Positions 9,920 to 20,282 of a stretch of 58,910 nucleotides of DNA are shown here, in pieces. The translations under genes were made by a program, and so were the position numbers. The stretch spans positions 1-58,910 of the forward strand of contig JAHFOS010000005.1 in the NCBI GenBank assembly GCA_023261545.1. Direction: 5' to 3'. The DNA is from a bacterium. Its GTDB lineage: Bacteria; Planctomycetota; JADGBV01. The notes beneath the pieces are model-generated. The model had not been told where the DNA came from and did no database searches. It worked only from the letters and a program-made list of their open reading frames with translations. The number at the start of each line of letters is the position of its first letter. The first letter of the stretch is position 1.

Positions 9920-10057
9920 GCGATGCTCCTATAGTTAAAGAAAGGCTATACAATTCAAGGATTGTTTTTCTCCACTCCTCCCCGCGCGACGGCGGAGCGG
10001 CGCATTGCCCGCCCTCTTCTATATTACCATGGTCTTGTGTCATAATTCTAGCTCCGT

Positions 10058-11248
10058 TCAGAACTTGAGGGTTGTTTCAATCGCATAAATGGTTGCTTTC
10101 GCCGCCCCAGAAGTTGCAATTCCGGAGGGATGTTCGTCGCTTGTCGGATATTTTGCATCGCCCTTTTGACTCGCATACTCTATCTTGGATTCCCATTGCG
10201 GGAAACTCGGGAGGAATTTTATAATCGTTGCAACCGTTAGATTCCGAATGTTTCCGCTCATACGTGAGGTGGGATCTCGTTCATCCGCTTTGTTCACACC
10301 ATATCGAAAAGTCAGCGATAGTGGATCTGAAAATGAATAATTCGCCATCGCTTCCCACGCGGTGTCCTCGGAAGTGGCGGAGGTTTTAGTGGTCGGAAAA
10401 GGACCATAATATGTAGTTATTATGCCTTGGTCGCGCTTGACGTTAATATGTTCCAATCCAAAATACCAACTCCCCATCCTGTATTCGATATTAAATGATT
10501 GAAGCGTAATGTCGTTTTGCAAAGAAACATCTGTCAAGTAACTTGTAGTCCCAATAAGCGCTTCTTCTTGTATGCCATCCGTTCCCTCGCCACCTGTTCC
10601 ATAGTAGAGGTTCAACTCAAGATTATCTATAGGGGTAACCCCAAAATGAAATTGCGTTGTAAGTTTTTTGTTGAAGTCAAAACTTACGTTGGAAAGACTA
10701 TCCACCAACGCTCCCTCGATTACAAAAAAATCCCTTTTATACTTAACACTGGCTCCTAATTGCTCGGTGGGTTCGAGTTCTTTTGTAAGGCCTAACGACA
10801 TCGTGTAACTATCTGTTGGTTCCAATGGCTCGAGTCCAATAAATGTATCCCATTTCCCAAGCGTGATCGTGAGGTTATTATTGGGAGAAAAATCAATTCG
10901 CATTTGTTCAACTATACTCTCAGCTCCCCCTCCCCCCACTGGCAATCCTACTATTGCCAAGTCTCCCCCTTTTGCATCTGAACCAGCGCCATCACTAACG
11001 TCAATGCGTCCGGTCAGGCCATTCCCGTATTTAAATGTGCAATCTACCTCTGCTTGTCCAAACATGAACCCCCTTAAACCTTTATCGCTTGATACATTGA
11101 TTACCCCGCTCTGTTTTTGCGATAAATACATGGCATCCATGAACCCAGAAATGGAAGCCTCGACCCCTTCCGTAGCGTTCGCTACGGGTGTCAAGGATGC
11201 CAAAACGATTACCAAGAAGGCCCAAGGGTTGATAGGGTTTTTCTTCAT
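10058..11248 (-). CDS. Outer-membrane beta-barrel porin (BBP2/DUF1597-like)
   Basis: Signal peptide, ISGFMDAMY start, LGKWDTFIGLE motif, amphipathic strands, C-terminal Phe; markedly lower GC than the backbone. Confidence 0.8.
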   Translation of the reverse strand: MKKNPINPWAFLVIVLASLTPVANATEGVEASISGFMDAMYLSQKQSGVINVSSDKGLRGFMFGQAEVDCTFKYGNGLTGRIDVSDGAGSDAKGGDLAIVGLPVGGGGAESIVEQMRIDFSPNNNLTITLGKWDTFIGLEPLEPTDSYTMSLGLTKELEPTEQLGASVKYKRDFFVIEGALVDSLSNVSFDFNKKLTTQFHFGVTPIDNLELNLYYGTGGEGTDGIQEEALIGTTSYLTDVSLQNDITLQSFNIEYRMGSWYFGLEHINVKRDQGIITTYYGPFPTTKTSATSEDTAWEAMANYSFSDPLSLTFRYGVNKADERDPTSRMSGNIRNLTVATIIKFLPSFPQWESKIEYASQKGDAKYPTSDEHPSGIATSGAAKATIYAIETTLKF

Positions 11249-11421
11249 GTTATCGCTCCTGTTTTCGTGTGGGGCTCCGGTCTAACCAAGCTAAGCGCTT
11301 TCCGCCACGCCCACGGATTTTATATGCCTTAAATAGTAGTCAAATTAAACGTGTATTTATTAAACGTGGACATGAATAGGGCAAACGAACATGGCCTTAT
11401 CCTTTTAATTAGGGTTGGTTC

Positions 11422-11730
11422 GTGGAGAAAAAGAGTGAATACTGCCGCCTTTTTGGCCTTGCTGTGCGGCACTTGCGAAAAACAGAAACTTCCCTATCGC
11501 AAGAGGGGTTTGCCGTGAAAAATCAGATCGAAAGATCGTACATGGGCAGCGTCGAGCGCGGAGAGAAAAACCCTGGGCTGGAGGTGGTCCTTCGCATCAG
11601 CCAGGGTTTGGGTGTTCCTTCCGCGAGAATCTTCCAGCTTATGGATGAGATCAAGGAAAAGGGGCTGGAAAACGATCCTGACATCGCACAACCTATGCGA
11701 GCCGGCAGAAAACATAAGCCCCAAAAATAG
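11422..11730 (+). CDS. XRE-family HTH transcriptional regulator
   Basis: FGLAVRHLR...LSQEGFA...IERSYMGSVERGEKNPGLEVVLRISQGLGV. Confidence 0.9.
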   Translation: MEKKSEYCRLFGLAVRHLRKTETSLSQEGFAVKNQIERSYMGSVERGEKNPGLEVVLRISQGLGVPSARIFQLMDEIKEKGLENDPDIAQPMRAGRKHKPQK

Positions 11731-11969
11731 GGTGCTCTCAAAATCGGACGCGCGGGCGCGAAAACTCCGTGTTCGCGAGACACGCCCAAAAGGCGCATCC
11801 GTTTTACACTCTCATGTTCCACGGTTGTGCGGTATGTGGCGGGGTGATGAAAATCGGGGGTCGGACCACGATAACATATTGCGATTCAATCGAATAAGGC
11901 CTAAATTCAGCCATTTTTAGGCCTTAGAAGCATGTTTTGCCCCCCAAAAAAGGGGTTCTAAGGATTTTC

Positions 11970-12311
11970 TTATGCCTCATGCGAGCGCACATGTCTCCGT
12001 TGGGACGGACGATGTGGCGTGCGGGATTCCATCCATTTGCTCAGCGATCTTTGACTTTCACCGGAGGGCCTGCCCATCAAAAGGTTCTCAACGCTGATGT
12101 CCTCGTCAATATCTTCCCAGTGTATTCCGTGTCCCTTGCCGATAAGTCGCCAGTGCCTTCGCTCTTTCGCCGTTGCATGCAGCAACCGCGGATACCAGTC
12201 AAGAGGCACTGAGATAGTGCGTCCGTCGCTGAGGTTCGCGCTTAACGCGTCCCCGGCGACCTCCACGTTCTCGATGGTCGGCAGTTCTATTTCAACCGTG
12301 AAAATATTCAT
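11970..12311 (-). CDS. DUF2442 domain protein (putative antitoxin)
   Basis: LSDGRTISVPLDWYPRLLHAT...GIHWEDIDEDISVENLL. Confidence 0.9.
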   Translation of the reverse strand: MNIFTVEIELPTIENVEVAGDALSANLSDGRTISVPLDWYPRLLHATAKERRHWRLIGKGHGIHWEDIDEDISVENLLMGRPSGESQRSLSKWMESRTPHRPSQRRHVRSHEA

Positions 12312-12540
12312 CCCAGGCCTCCGTCAATTGTTGCTGGCGCTCCTCGACTATTCTGCGGATCCGTCTGATTTCAATCGGGTTGAAGCCACCGCTCCACTGA
12401 AGCCGCACGGGACCAAGCCAGAACTTCGCTATTTTGTCATCGCGCTCCACGTGAATATGCAATGGCTCATCTCCATCCCCGGCGTAAAAAAAGAGCCGAT
12501 AGGGCCCCTCACGAAGCACCTTTGGCATCAGATTTGCCAT
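12292..12540 (-). CDS. DUF4160 domain protein (putative toxin)
   Basis: MPKVLREGPYRLFFYA..EPLHIHVERDDKIAKFWL...AWDEYF; overlaps the DUF2442 gene. Confidence 0.9.
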   Translation of the reverse strand: MANLMPKVLREGPYRLFFYAGDGDEPLHIHVERDDKIAKFWLGPVRLQWSGGFNPIEIRRIRRIVEERQQQLTEAWDEYFHG

Positions 12541-12628
12541 CCTTGAATGTAAAAAAGCACCCAGAGGATGGGTCTAAGAAAGTCGCCTTCCTCCATTATG
12601 GAGAAGGGAAATACAACCCGGGAGCGAT

Positions 12629-12841
12629 TCAAAAGATGTAAGTGCGTTCCTTCCGGATATCGAGGTTGATGAAGATCGGAACCGCACAACCCTTCGCTCG
12701 TGCCTCCGCCATGACGGCGGCGACCTTATTGCCCTGCGCCAAGCAGACGCCTTTGGAATTCAACGCGACATACCGGCCTTTCCGCGCCGAGGGCAGCGGA
12801 CTCTTCGCAAAGGGACGAGTGGGACGCACCTGAAGTGGCAC
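12629..12841 (-). CDS. Small DUF5678-like protein
   Basis: KGRYVAL...VCLAQG....VMAEARAKG...PIFI pattern. Confidence 0.6.
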   Translation of the reverse strand: MPLQVRPTRPFAKSPLPSARKGRYVALNSKGVCLAQGNKVAAVMAEARAKGCAVPIFINLDIRKERTYIF

Positions 12842-12935
12842 TACAAGCTTGTCGTTCAGCTTATGGCTTCGTGTTCAAATTCAAGCATTTTGGCGGGGAA
12901 AGAAACGCCCGCGTGTCGCCGTCCCGATCATGGCC

Positions 12936-13040
12936 AAGCTTGCGAACAAACGCGAACGACTCGGAAGCGGCTCGGAAGTCCAGCGCTTCCGAGTCGAGCC
13001 CTGGCATCGGCCGTTCGTCGAAGACCTCGCCCCGCGCGAA
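12936..13040 (-). pseudogene. Internal fragment of an AlbA_2/Schlafen + RecG-C-like (HATPase_c_4) regulator gene
   Basis: The minus strand reads FARGEVFDERPMPGLDSEALDFRAASESFAFVRKL, recalled as a conserved linker of such proteins; no start codon and no flanking domains. Confidence 0.5.
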
Positions 13041-13097
13041 TTGGCATAGCGCGAGGGCTTGTCCAAAGTTCCCCGCGCCACTTTTAGGGGTCGAATT

Positions 13098-14261
13098 TCA
13101 GGGCTTCTCCGTCCCCTCGTTGAGGATGGCGAGGTAACGGTCGTACACGAATAGCCGATCGCGGCGCTTGCCGGTGAGTTCTCGCACCATTCCGATCTCG
13201 ACCAGAAAGTCCATTGCCGATGAGACCGCGGGGAACGAGAGACCGGTCGCGTCACGGACCCCCGGCATGGATTGGATCGGTCGCGCCTTGAGCGCCTCGT
13301 GCACGCGCAACGCCGAATTCGCCCGGCGCCCCGCTCCTTCGACCCGCGAGCGATCTGTCCGAAACAGCTCCCCGATCCTCTCCGCGGTGGAAACCGCCCC
13401 GCGCGCGATCTGCGCCACCCCTTCTAGGAAGAACGTCAGCCATGCCTCCCAGTCGCCGTCGCGGCGCACCCGGCCCAGCAGCTCGTAGTAGGTCGGGCGG
13501 TTCTGCTTGAGGTAGAGGCTGAGATAGAGCAGCGGCTCGCGCAGGATTCCGGCATGGCACAAGAGGAACGTCATCAACAGGCGGCCAACGCGCCCATTGC
13601 CATCGAGGAACGGGTGGATGGTTTCGAACTGTACGTGAGCGAGCCCTGCCCGCAGCAATACCGGCAGGCCGTCATCGGCGGCGTGTAGGAATTGCTCCAG
13701 CGCCGCCATGCAGACGGGCACCACCGTGTGCGGCGGCGGCACGAATGCGGCGTTGCCTGGGCGGGTGCCGCCGATCCAGTTCTGCGAACGCCGAAACTCG
13801 CCAGGATCCTTGCCACTGCCGCGTCCGTGCGCCAGCAGCACGCCATGGATCTCGCGGATCAGCCGATTCGAGAGCGGGAACCCTCCGCGCAGCCGGGATA
13901 AACCATGGTCGAGTGCCGCGACGTAGTTCGATACTTCCACAACATCGTCGAGCGGCACGCCTGGGGCTTCGTCGAGTTCGAAAAGGAGCAGATCGGAGAG
14001 CGACGATTGCGTCCCCTCGATCTGGGATGAGAGCACCGCCTCTTTGCGGACGTAGGTGTAGAGGAAGAGCGACTTGTCCGGCAGTAGGGCCGAGACGCCG
14101 TCAAGCCTGCCGAGCGCCAGCACCGCGGATTCGAGCAGCGGCACCAGCCCTGCGTCTGTTGCCAGCGGTGGCACGGGTGGGAGCGGCACGGGGACGAAGG
14201 CGCGAACCTGTTCGCCGCCGACGTTCGTTTCCTCGTATCGGCCAATTTCACCGCGTTTCAT
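13098..14261 (-). CDS. fic: Fic family protein (class II, N-terminal inhibitory helix, C-terminal HTH)
   Basis: [12 protein letters not shown] catalytic motif and SSQIEG inhibitory motif. Confidence 0.95.
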   Translation of the reverse strand: MKRGEIGRYEETNVGGEQVRAFVPVPLPPVPPLATDAGLVPLLESAVLALGRLDGVSALLPDKSLFLYTYVRKEAVLSSQIEGTQSSLSDLLLFELDEAPGVPLDDVVEVSNYVAALDHGLSRLRGGFPLSNRLIREIHGVLLAHGRGSGKDPGEFRRSQNWIGGTRPGNAAFVPPPHTVVPVCMAALEQFLHAADDGLPVLLRAGLAHVQFETIHPFLDGNGRVGRLLMTFLLCHAGILREPLLYLSLYLKQNRPTYYELLGRVRRDGDWEAWLTFFLEGVAQIARGAVSTAERIGELFRTDRSRVEGAGRRANSALRVHEALKARPIQSMPGVRDATGLSFPAVSSAMDFLVEIGMVRELTGKRRDRLFVYDRYLAILNEGTEKP

Positions 14262-14387
14262 TACGGATAGACCTCACTGTGCAAAACTGAATAGCGAATC
14301 TAACTATTAATACTTTGGTGGCAAAGTTTAAATAAGAATCGCGGGGTGGCAAGTACTTTCCCTTATCTTCGTCTGTCATGGGGGCCA

Positions 14388-14461
14388 GACGCAGCGGCGC
14401 TTTCTCGCCGAGCCGCTGCTCAGCGCGCTGAAAGCCGACGCGCATGACGACCACGCCGTCC
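14388..14461 (+). repeat. 74-bp diverged copy of 8071..8144 (internal part of the large secreted protein gene)
   Basis: 70/74 identical; ends exactly at the IS21 left end. Confidence 0.9.
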
Positions 14462-14571
14462 TGTTGATCGGCGTCTAAACTTGACCCCCTCTACGAGCAG
14501 ATCGGCGTCCAAAAATGGCCCCCCTGGAAGGCGTCTCATCCTCCGTCTCCCCCCAAGGAGATGGAACGGCG

Positions 14572-16087
14572 ATGATAAGCCAAGAAACATTCAGTCGGGT
14601 GATCGCGGACTTTCGCCGAGGAGTCCCGAAGAAAGCGATTGCCCGAAAGCGGTGCCTGTCGAGGACAACGGTTCGCAAAATACTGAGCGGAAATGCGGCC
14701 GGGCAGGAAGGACCGAGCTACGAACGAAGCCAACAGAGTTATCCTCAGCTGGATAAGTTTCGTGCTCGTCTGGAAGAAGAGCTGGAGAAGGACGGGCAGC
14801 TTTCCCGTCGTCATCGCCGACGGTTGACGCGAGTATTTGAGGCGCTTCAAAATGAAGGCTACGCTGGCGGATACGACAGCGTGAGGCGCTACGCGCGGGC
14901 CTGGCGGATACAGCACAGCCAAGCGGATTTGCCGCCCGCGTGTATTCCTCTGACCTTCAAGCCTGCCGAAGCCTATCAATTCGATTGGAGCGAAGAGCAT
15001 GCCAGCCTCAAGGGCGTCGTGACGAAAATCCATGTCGCGCAGACGACGCTCTGCTACAGTCGGATGACGCACCAACGGGCCTATTTGCGCGAACAGCAGG
15101 AGATGGTCTTTGACGCGCACGCGAAGGCCTTCGAGTCCTTCGGGGGAGCGTGCGAGCGTGGTATCTACGACAACATGAAGACGGTTGTCGTGAAGGTCCA
15201 GGTAGGGAAGGAGCGCACATGGAATCGCCGGTTCCTGGTGATGGGAGCACACTACGGCGTTGAGATTGACGCCTGTACGCCATTCGCGCCTCAAGAGAAG
15301 GGCCGCGTGGAGCGGCGCATTCAAACGATGCAGAATGATTTTTTTTATTCCCTTCCGAAAGCGGAATCCTTGGAGGAGTTGAATCAAGCCCTGGATCGGG
15401 ATTGCCGGGAACGGGCCATGCGCCGTCCTCATCCTGACTTTCCTTCCCGGACGGTTTTTGATGTTTACCAGGAGGAGAGGCCGCTATTGATAAAGGTCGC
15501 GGGCCTTTTCGACGGGTACGGCTCAAAGCAGGCCACGGTCACGCCAACGCTCCTGGTGCATTATGACAACAATGCCTACAGCGTGGACTGCACGGCGAAA
15601 GGGCGAAGCGTGGAAATCCGCGCCTATGCGGATCACTTGGGACTGTTGCTGGATGGCAAGGTGGTTGGGGAACACCGCCGGAGCTTCAAGAAGCACGACA
15701 CGATTATTGACGTGCGGCACTACATCCCCGTCCTGGAACGTAAACCTGGGGCGGTCCGCAACGGGCTCCCGCTCCAGGATGAGAACCTTCCAAGTGGACT
15801 GGCACGGGCACGGCTCGCCCTGGAGCGACACGCCGATGGCATGCGGCAGTTGGCGAACGATCCTTCTTCAGGCGCCACGGTATGGGCTGAACCGCGTTGC
15901 CGAGGCCTGCGATGGCGTGTTGGCCAATGGCCCTATGAGCGCGGACCTGGTCTTAAACCTCCTTGCGAGCCAGCAACCACCTCCGTCTCAGGATGCCGTC
16001 GTGCCGGAACGGCTTCGCCTGCGCGAGGATCCGTCCGCGGATTGCGCCTCGTTTGATCGCCTCTTGACGCTGATAGGAGCCTGTTGA
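14572..16087 (+). pseudogene. istA: IS21 transposase IstA, frameshifted near 15855
   Basis: QFDW, YDNMKT and KGRVE DDE motifs. The typical IstA C-terminus (TILLQAPRYGL...[10 protein letters not shown]) is in the +1 frame ending at 16087. Confidence 0.85.
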
Positions 16088-16812
16088 TGAGTACGCGCGC
16101 AGAACTGTTTGAGCTGCTATCTCGCCTGAAGCTCATCGGGATGCGCGATGCTTGGGATGGCATTGTGGCCGATGGCGTGCGGCACCGCAAGGGAATTGAA
16201 GCTATTCTTCTGGACCTGCTGCGGGCTGAGGCCGTGGAGCGAGAGAACCGATCCATCCGCTATCGCCTCGGCGTCGCGAAAATTCCCGTCCAAAAAAATC
16301 TGGAAGGATTCAACTTCAAGAAAAGTCCCGTGAACGAAGACCTGATCCGGCGGCTTCACGATGGAAGTTTCCTCCGGGAGGGAAAGAACATCATCTTTGT
16401 CGGCGGCACTGGCACGGGCAAGACGCACCTCGCCAGCGCCATCGTCGCCCAGTGCATCCGCCAAGGAGCCCGCGGCATGCACTATTCCTTCGTGGACCTC
16501 GCCAATCGCCTGGAGCAAGAAAAGGCCGTGGGCCAGAGTGGACGGATCTCTGACCGCCTCGCGCGAAAAGAGCTCCTTTATCTCGACGAATTAGGCTACA
16601 TCCAGTTCGCTCCCACCAGCGCCCAACTCCTTTTTCACCTCTTCTCAAAACTTTACGAGCGCGTTCCCATCGTCATCACGACCAATCTCACCTTCAGCGA
16701 ATGGCCCCGGCTTTTCGGAGATGCGAAAATGACCCGGGCTCTGCTGGATCGACTCACGCATCACTGCGAGATTGTAGAAACCGGCAACGAAAGTTGGCGG
16801 ATGCGCAAATAA
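16084..16812 (+). CDS. istB: IS21 helper ATPase IstB
   Basis: GGTGTGKT Walker A, LDELGY Walker [15 protein letters not shown]. Confidence 0.95.
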   Translation: MMSTRAELFELLSRLKLIGMRDAWDGIVADGVRHRKGIEAILLDLLRAEAVERENRSIRYRLGVAKIPVQKNLEGFNFKKSPVNEDLIRRLHDGSFLREGKNIIFVGGTGTGKTHLASAIVAQCIRQGARGMHYSFVDLANRLEQEKAVGQSGRISDRLARKELLYLDELGYIQFAPTSAQLLFHLFSKLYERVPIVITTNLTFSEWPRLFGDAKMTRALLDRLTHHCEIVETGNESWRMRK

Positions 16813-17170
16813 CCTCATCTCATTAGCCGCCGCGCTCTTCGAGTGTCCGCCATGGAAGGCGACTCTCCGTGGCGGCAATGTCCTGGCAGGGGGCTTTGCC
16901 CCCTGCACCCCCCAGGATTTACCGCTTTGGGCCAAAGATTCAACATGGAAAAAAAGGGGCGCCCCCAATAACGGAGCGCCCCCAATCTTTGGCACCGCAC
17001 GGCGCTCGGGTCGCTTCCCAGCGTTGCCCTATCCTCCGCCCGGGTGACATAAGTTTTTCCAACAAGCAATCCCGGCAAGCCGTTCTCATCCTTGCCCCAC
17101 ACCGAAAGGGGTCCTCCGGGGGATCAGTATTCGACGCCGATCAGGGGTCAGTTTTCGGCGCCGGTTGACA

Positions 17171-17314
17171 CAACTTTTCTTCAACGGTCTCTGGCGAAGC
17201 AGTCGGCAGCGGTGCGGTTGCAATGTGTTTTGCATCGCGCTTCCGACGACGTGACCAAGCCCACGCCAACACTACGGCGACCACGAACAGCGCGATGATG
17301 ACGAGCTTGGCCAT
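17171..17314 (-). pseudogene. 5' part of a membrane-anchored protein gene interrupted by IS21
   Basis: MAKLVIIALFVVAVVLAWAWSRRRKRD...VEEKL (48 codons) runs straight into the IS right end. Confidence 0.55.
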
Positions 17315-17417
17315 TTATTTTGTGAGAAGATTTACACTTAAGATCTTGAAAATCAAAAGACTATTTTTGACTCAGCAAAAGATCCGCCGGTGAAAAGTTG
17401 GATAAAAGGCCGCACAA

Positions 17418-17491
17418 TACGCCCGACAGGACTCGAACCTGTTGCCTCAGCTTTAGGAAAGCTGCGCTCTATCCCGGTGAGCTACGGGCGC
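17418..17491 (-). tRNA. tRNA-Arg(CCT)
   Basis: GCGCCCGTAGCTCACCGGGATAGAGCG-CAGCT TTCCTAA AGCTG-AGGCA-ACAGGTTCGAGTCCTGT-CGGGCGTA folds as a cloverleaf; CCA not encoded. Confidence 0.95.
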
Positions 17492-17588
17492 GTCTGGCCC
17501 GGCATCCTAGAAGCGGGGTTTGCCCCTCAAGCCGACGGCTTGCGGCGGGGCGCGCGGCGGCAGAATCCCGCCAGAAAGGTTTTGCAGC

Positions 17589-18542
17589 GTGCTCGCTATT
17601 GACCTCAAAGGCAAAACGGCTTTTGTCGCCGGCGTGGCCGACGACCAGGGTTTCGGCTTCGCCATCGCCAAGGCCCTGGCCGAGGCCGGGGCGGAAATCG
17701 CGGTGGGCACCTGGCCGCCGGCTTGCAACCTTTTCCGCATGGCCCTGGAGCGCGGCAAGTTCGACGCCTCGCTGGTGCTGGCGAACGGGGGCAAAATGGC
17801 CTTCCGCATCTACCCCATGGACGCCGTCTATGACGCCCCGGCTGACGTTCCCGGAGAGATCCGTGAGGACAAGCGTTACCGCGAGAACCCAAATTATACC
17901 GTAGAGGAAGTAGCCGCGCAGCTCAAGGCCGATCTCGGCGGCCGCCGCCTCGATATCCTGGTGCACAGCCTCGCCAACGCTCCCGAGGTGAAGAAGCCGC
18001 TGCTCGAAACTTCGCGCGCTGGATACCTTGCTGCGGTCTCGGCCTCGGCCTACTCGCTGGTGAGTCTCAGCCGCCACTTCGCGCCCCTGATGAATCCCGG
18101 CGGGGCCATCTTGACCCTCAGTTTCCTCGCTGGGGATCGCGTGGTGCCGGGCTACGGGGGCGGCATGAACGCCGCCAAGGCGGCGCTGGAGTCCGACATG
18201 CGTGTGCTGGCCTACGAGCTGGGCCGCGCCTACCAACTGCGCCTCAACGCCATCTCGGCCGGACCACTGGCTTCGCGCGCCGCGCGCGCCATCGGCTTCA
18301 TTGACCGCATGCTCGATTACACCGAGCGCAACCAACCCCTGGCGAAAAAACTCGAAGCCAACGAAGTGGCCAGCGCCGCGGCCTTCCTGTGCTCGCCGCT
18401 GGCCTCCGCCGTCACCGCGACCATCCTGTACGTGGACAACGGCTACCACGCCATGGGCGTGGGCGTGGACGAAAAGGGCATGCAGGGCGGGGACAGCACC
18501 TCGCTGCACACCCGGCCGGGCTTCGTCCCACGGGCACCGTAG
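17589..18542 (+). CDS. fabI: Enoyl-ACP reductase, chlamydial/plant-type
   Basis: [55 protein letters not shown]. Confidence 0.93.
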   Translation: MLAIDLKGKTAFVAGVADDQGFGFAIAKALAEAGAEIAVGTWPPACNLFRMALERGKFDASLVLANGGKMAFRIYPMDAVYDAPADVPGEIREDKRYRENPNYTVEEVAAQLKADLGGRRLDILVHSLANAPEVKKPLLETSRAGYLAAVSASAYSLVSLSRHFAPLMNPGGAILTLSFLAGDRVVPGYGGGMNAAKAALESDMRVLAYELGRAYQLRLNAISAGPLASRAARAIGFIDRMLDYTERNQPLAKKLEANEVASAAAFLCSPLASAVTATILYVDNGYHAMGVGVDEKGMQGGDSTSLHTRPGFVPRAP

Positions 18543-18550
18543 GCAGAGCC

Positions 18551-19525
18551 ACGCCGGACGCGTCCGCCGCCTACGACGTCTTCAACGGGGATGCCGACGG
18601 CCTTCTCGCCCTGCACCAGTTGCGGCTGGTGGAGCCAAAACAGGCAGCCATCATCACCGGCATGAAACGCGAGGTGGAGCTCCTGGGCCAGGTCCCCCCC
18701 GAGACGCACGGCGCGGAAATCACCGTACTCGATATCTCCATGGCGGTGAACGCCGCCGCCCTGCGCGCGCTCCTCGAAGGCGGCAACCGCGTGCGCTGGT
18801 TCGACCACCACGAGGCAGGCCGCGTGCCGAAAAGCGGGTTGCTCGAAGCCCATCTCGACGCATCCCCCAGCGTGTGCACGTCGCTCCTGGTGGATCGCCA
18901 CCTCGGCGGGCGAGAGCGCCTCTGGGCCATCGCCGCGGCTTTCGGCGATAACCTTTCGGAACGCGCCCAGGAACTCGCGGCGGGGCTCGCGGCGCCCGAG
19001 ATCGAGGCGCTCCAAGAGATCGGCGAGACGCTGAACTACAACGCTTATGGCGAGGAGCGCGCCGACCTCTGCGCTTGGCCCGCCGAGGTTTATCATGACC
19101 TGCACGCCTACACCGCGCCTTTCGATTATCGCAAGCGCTCCACGCTTTTCGCGCGTATTTTCTCGCAAAAGCAGAAAGACGAAGGCGCGCTCAGGGCGGC
19201 CCAGGAGATCTACCGCGGGGCCGAGGGCGTTGTTCTGGCCCTGGACGAGGGCGCGGCGGCGCGGCGGCTGCTCGGAATTTTCGCCAACGAGATCGCGCGG
19301 CGCGAGCCCGCCCTGGCCCACGGGGTACTGGTGCGGCTCAAGAGCGGAGGCTTCCGCGTGAGCCTGCGCGCACCCCTGGAGCGGCCCTGCGGCGCGAGCC
19401 GCCTCGCCCTGCAATTCCCCAGCGGCGGCGGGCGCGCCGGGGCGGCGGGCATCAACCACCTTCCCGAAAGCGATCGCGATCTTTTCATCAGCAAATTCAA
19501 GGAGGCTTTCGCGCCGCCATGTTAA
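18551..19525 (+). CDS. DHH-family phosphoesterase (start codon uncertain)
   Basis: YDVFNGDADG, LDIS, WFDHH and a C-terminal GGGRAGAAG DHHA1-like motif. Confidence 0.8.
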   Translation, partial: TPDASAAYDVFNGDADGLLALHQLRLVEPKQAAIITGMKREVELLGQVPPETHGAEITVLDISMAVNAAALRALLEGGNRVRWFDHHEAGRVPKSGLLEAHLDASPSVCTSLLVDRHLGGRERLWAIAAAFGDNLSERAQELAAGLAAPEIEALQEIGETLNYNAYGEERADLCAWPAEVYHDLHAYTAPFDYRKRSTLFARIFSQKQKDEGALRAAQEIYRGAEGVVLALDEGAAARRLLGIFANEIARREPALAHGVLVRLKSGGFRVSLRAPLERPCGASRLALQFPSGGGRAGAAGINHLPESDRDLFISKFKEAFAPPC

Positions 19526-20118
19526 TCGCCTGTTTCGACCTCGAGGGTGTGTTCACGCCCGAAGCCTGGATCGCCGTGGCCGAAGCCACCGGCATCCCGG
19601 ACCTCAGGCGCACCACCCGCGACGTGCCGGACTACGACGAGCTGATGCGCTACCGGCTCAAGATCCTGGACGCGCACGGGCTCACCCTGCCGCGCCTGCA
19701 GGGCATCATCGCGGGCCTGGACCCGCTCCCCGGAGCGCGCGCCTTCCTCGACTGGGCGCGCGCGCGCTGCCCGGTGGTCATCCTCTCGGACACCTACTAC
19801 GAGTTCGCCGATGGTTTCATGGCCAAGCTCGCCCGGCCCATGCTCTTCTGCCACACCCTGGAGGTGGACGGCGCCGGCCGCATCACCGGCTACAAGCTGC
19901 GCCTCAAGGACTCCAAGCGCCGCGCCATCCTCGCCTTTCGCGACCTCGGTTTCAGCACCCTGGCCGTTGGCGACTCCTACAACGACATCACCATGCTGCG
20001 CGAAGCCGACCGCGGCATCTTCTTCCGCGCGCCGGCCTTGGTGAAACGCGATTTCCCGCAACATCCCGCCGTGGAGAGCTATGCGGATCTGCAGGCGGAG
20101 ATGGAGAAGTTGCTGTGA
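19519..20118 (+). CDS. thrH: Phosphoserine phosphatase/homoserine phosphotransferase ThrH
   Basis: DLEGVFTPE, TTRDVPDYDELM, ILSDTYYEF, GDSYNDITML. Confidence 0.95.
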   Translation: MLIACFDLEGVFTPEAWIAVAEATGIPDLRRTTRDVPDYDELMRYRLKILDAHGLTLPRLQGIIAGLDPLPGARAFLDWARARCPVVILSDTYYEFADGFMAKLARPMLFCHTLEVDGAGRITGYKLRLKDSKRRAILAFRDLGFSTLAVGDSYNDITMLREADRGIFFRAPALVKRDFPQHPAVESYADLQAEMEKLL

Positions 20119-20282
20119 GGAGGCACCCGTTTATCCTCGGCGCGCAGACCTGAAAATCCGAGCATCAACCCAGCTCTGGATTCCTTGCGCGCGTCTCAGC
20201 CCGGCGGGCCGCTTGACAGCGGGAGCACCTTTTTTCAATCAGCGGTTCCGCAAACCGCGAAAGTTCAACAAGGAGTATCAAT

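Larger units (their letters stand above)
14462..17170 (+). mobile_element. IS21-family insertion sequence
   Basis: TG...CA ends (TGTTGATCGGCG / CGCCGGTTGACA) with repeated subterminal motifs; istA + istB; no target-site duplication. Confidence 0.95.

Noticed and set aside
15840-15870. Programmed frameshift in istA
   Set aside because: No slippery heptamer or obvious stimulatory structure; a point insertion or sequencing error is simpler.
16813-17100. ncRNA or extra gene in the IS21 tail
   Set aside because: Only GC hairpins and short ORFs; no RNA family recognised.
17300-17491. Integrase/attL-attR pair at tRNA-Arg
   Set aside because: No recombinase gene and no duplicate of the tRNA 3' end seen in the window.
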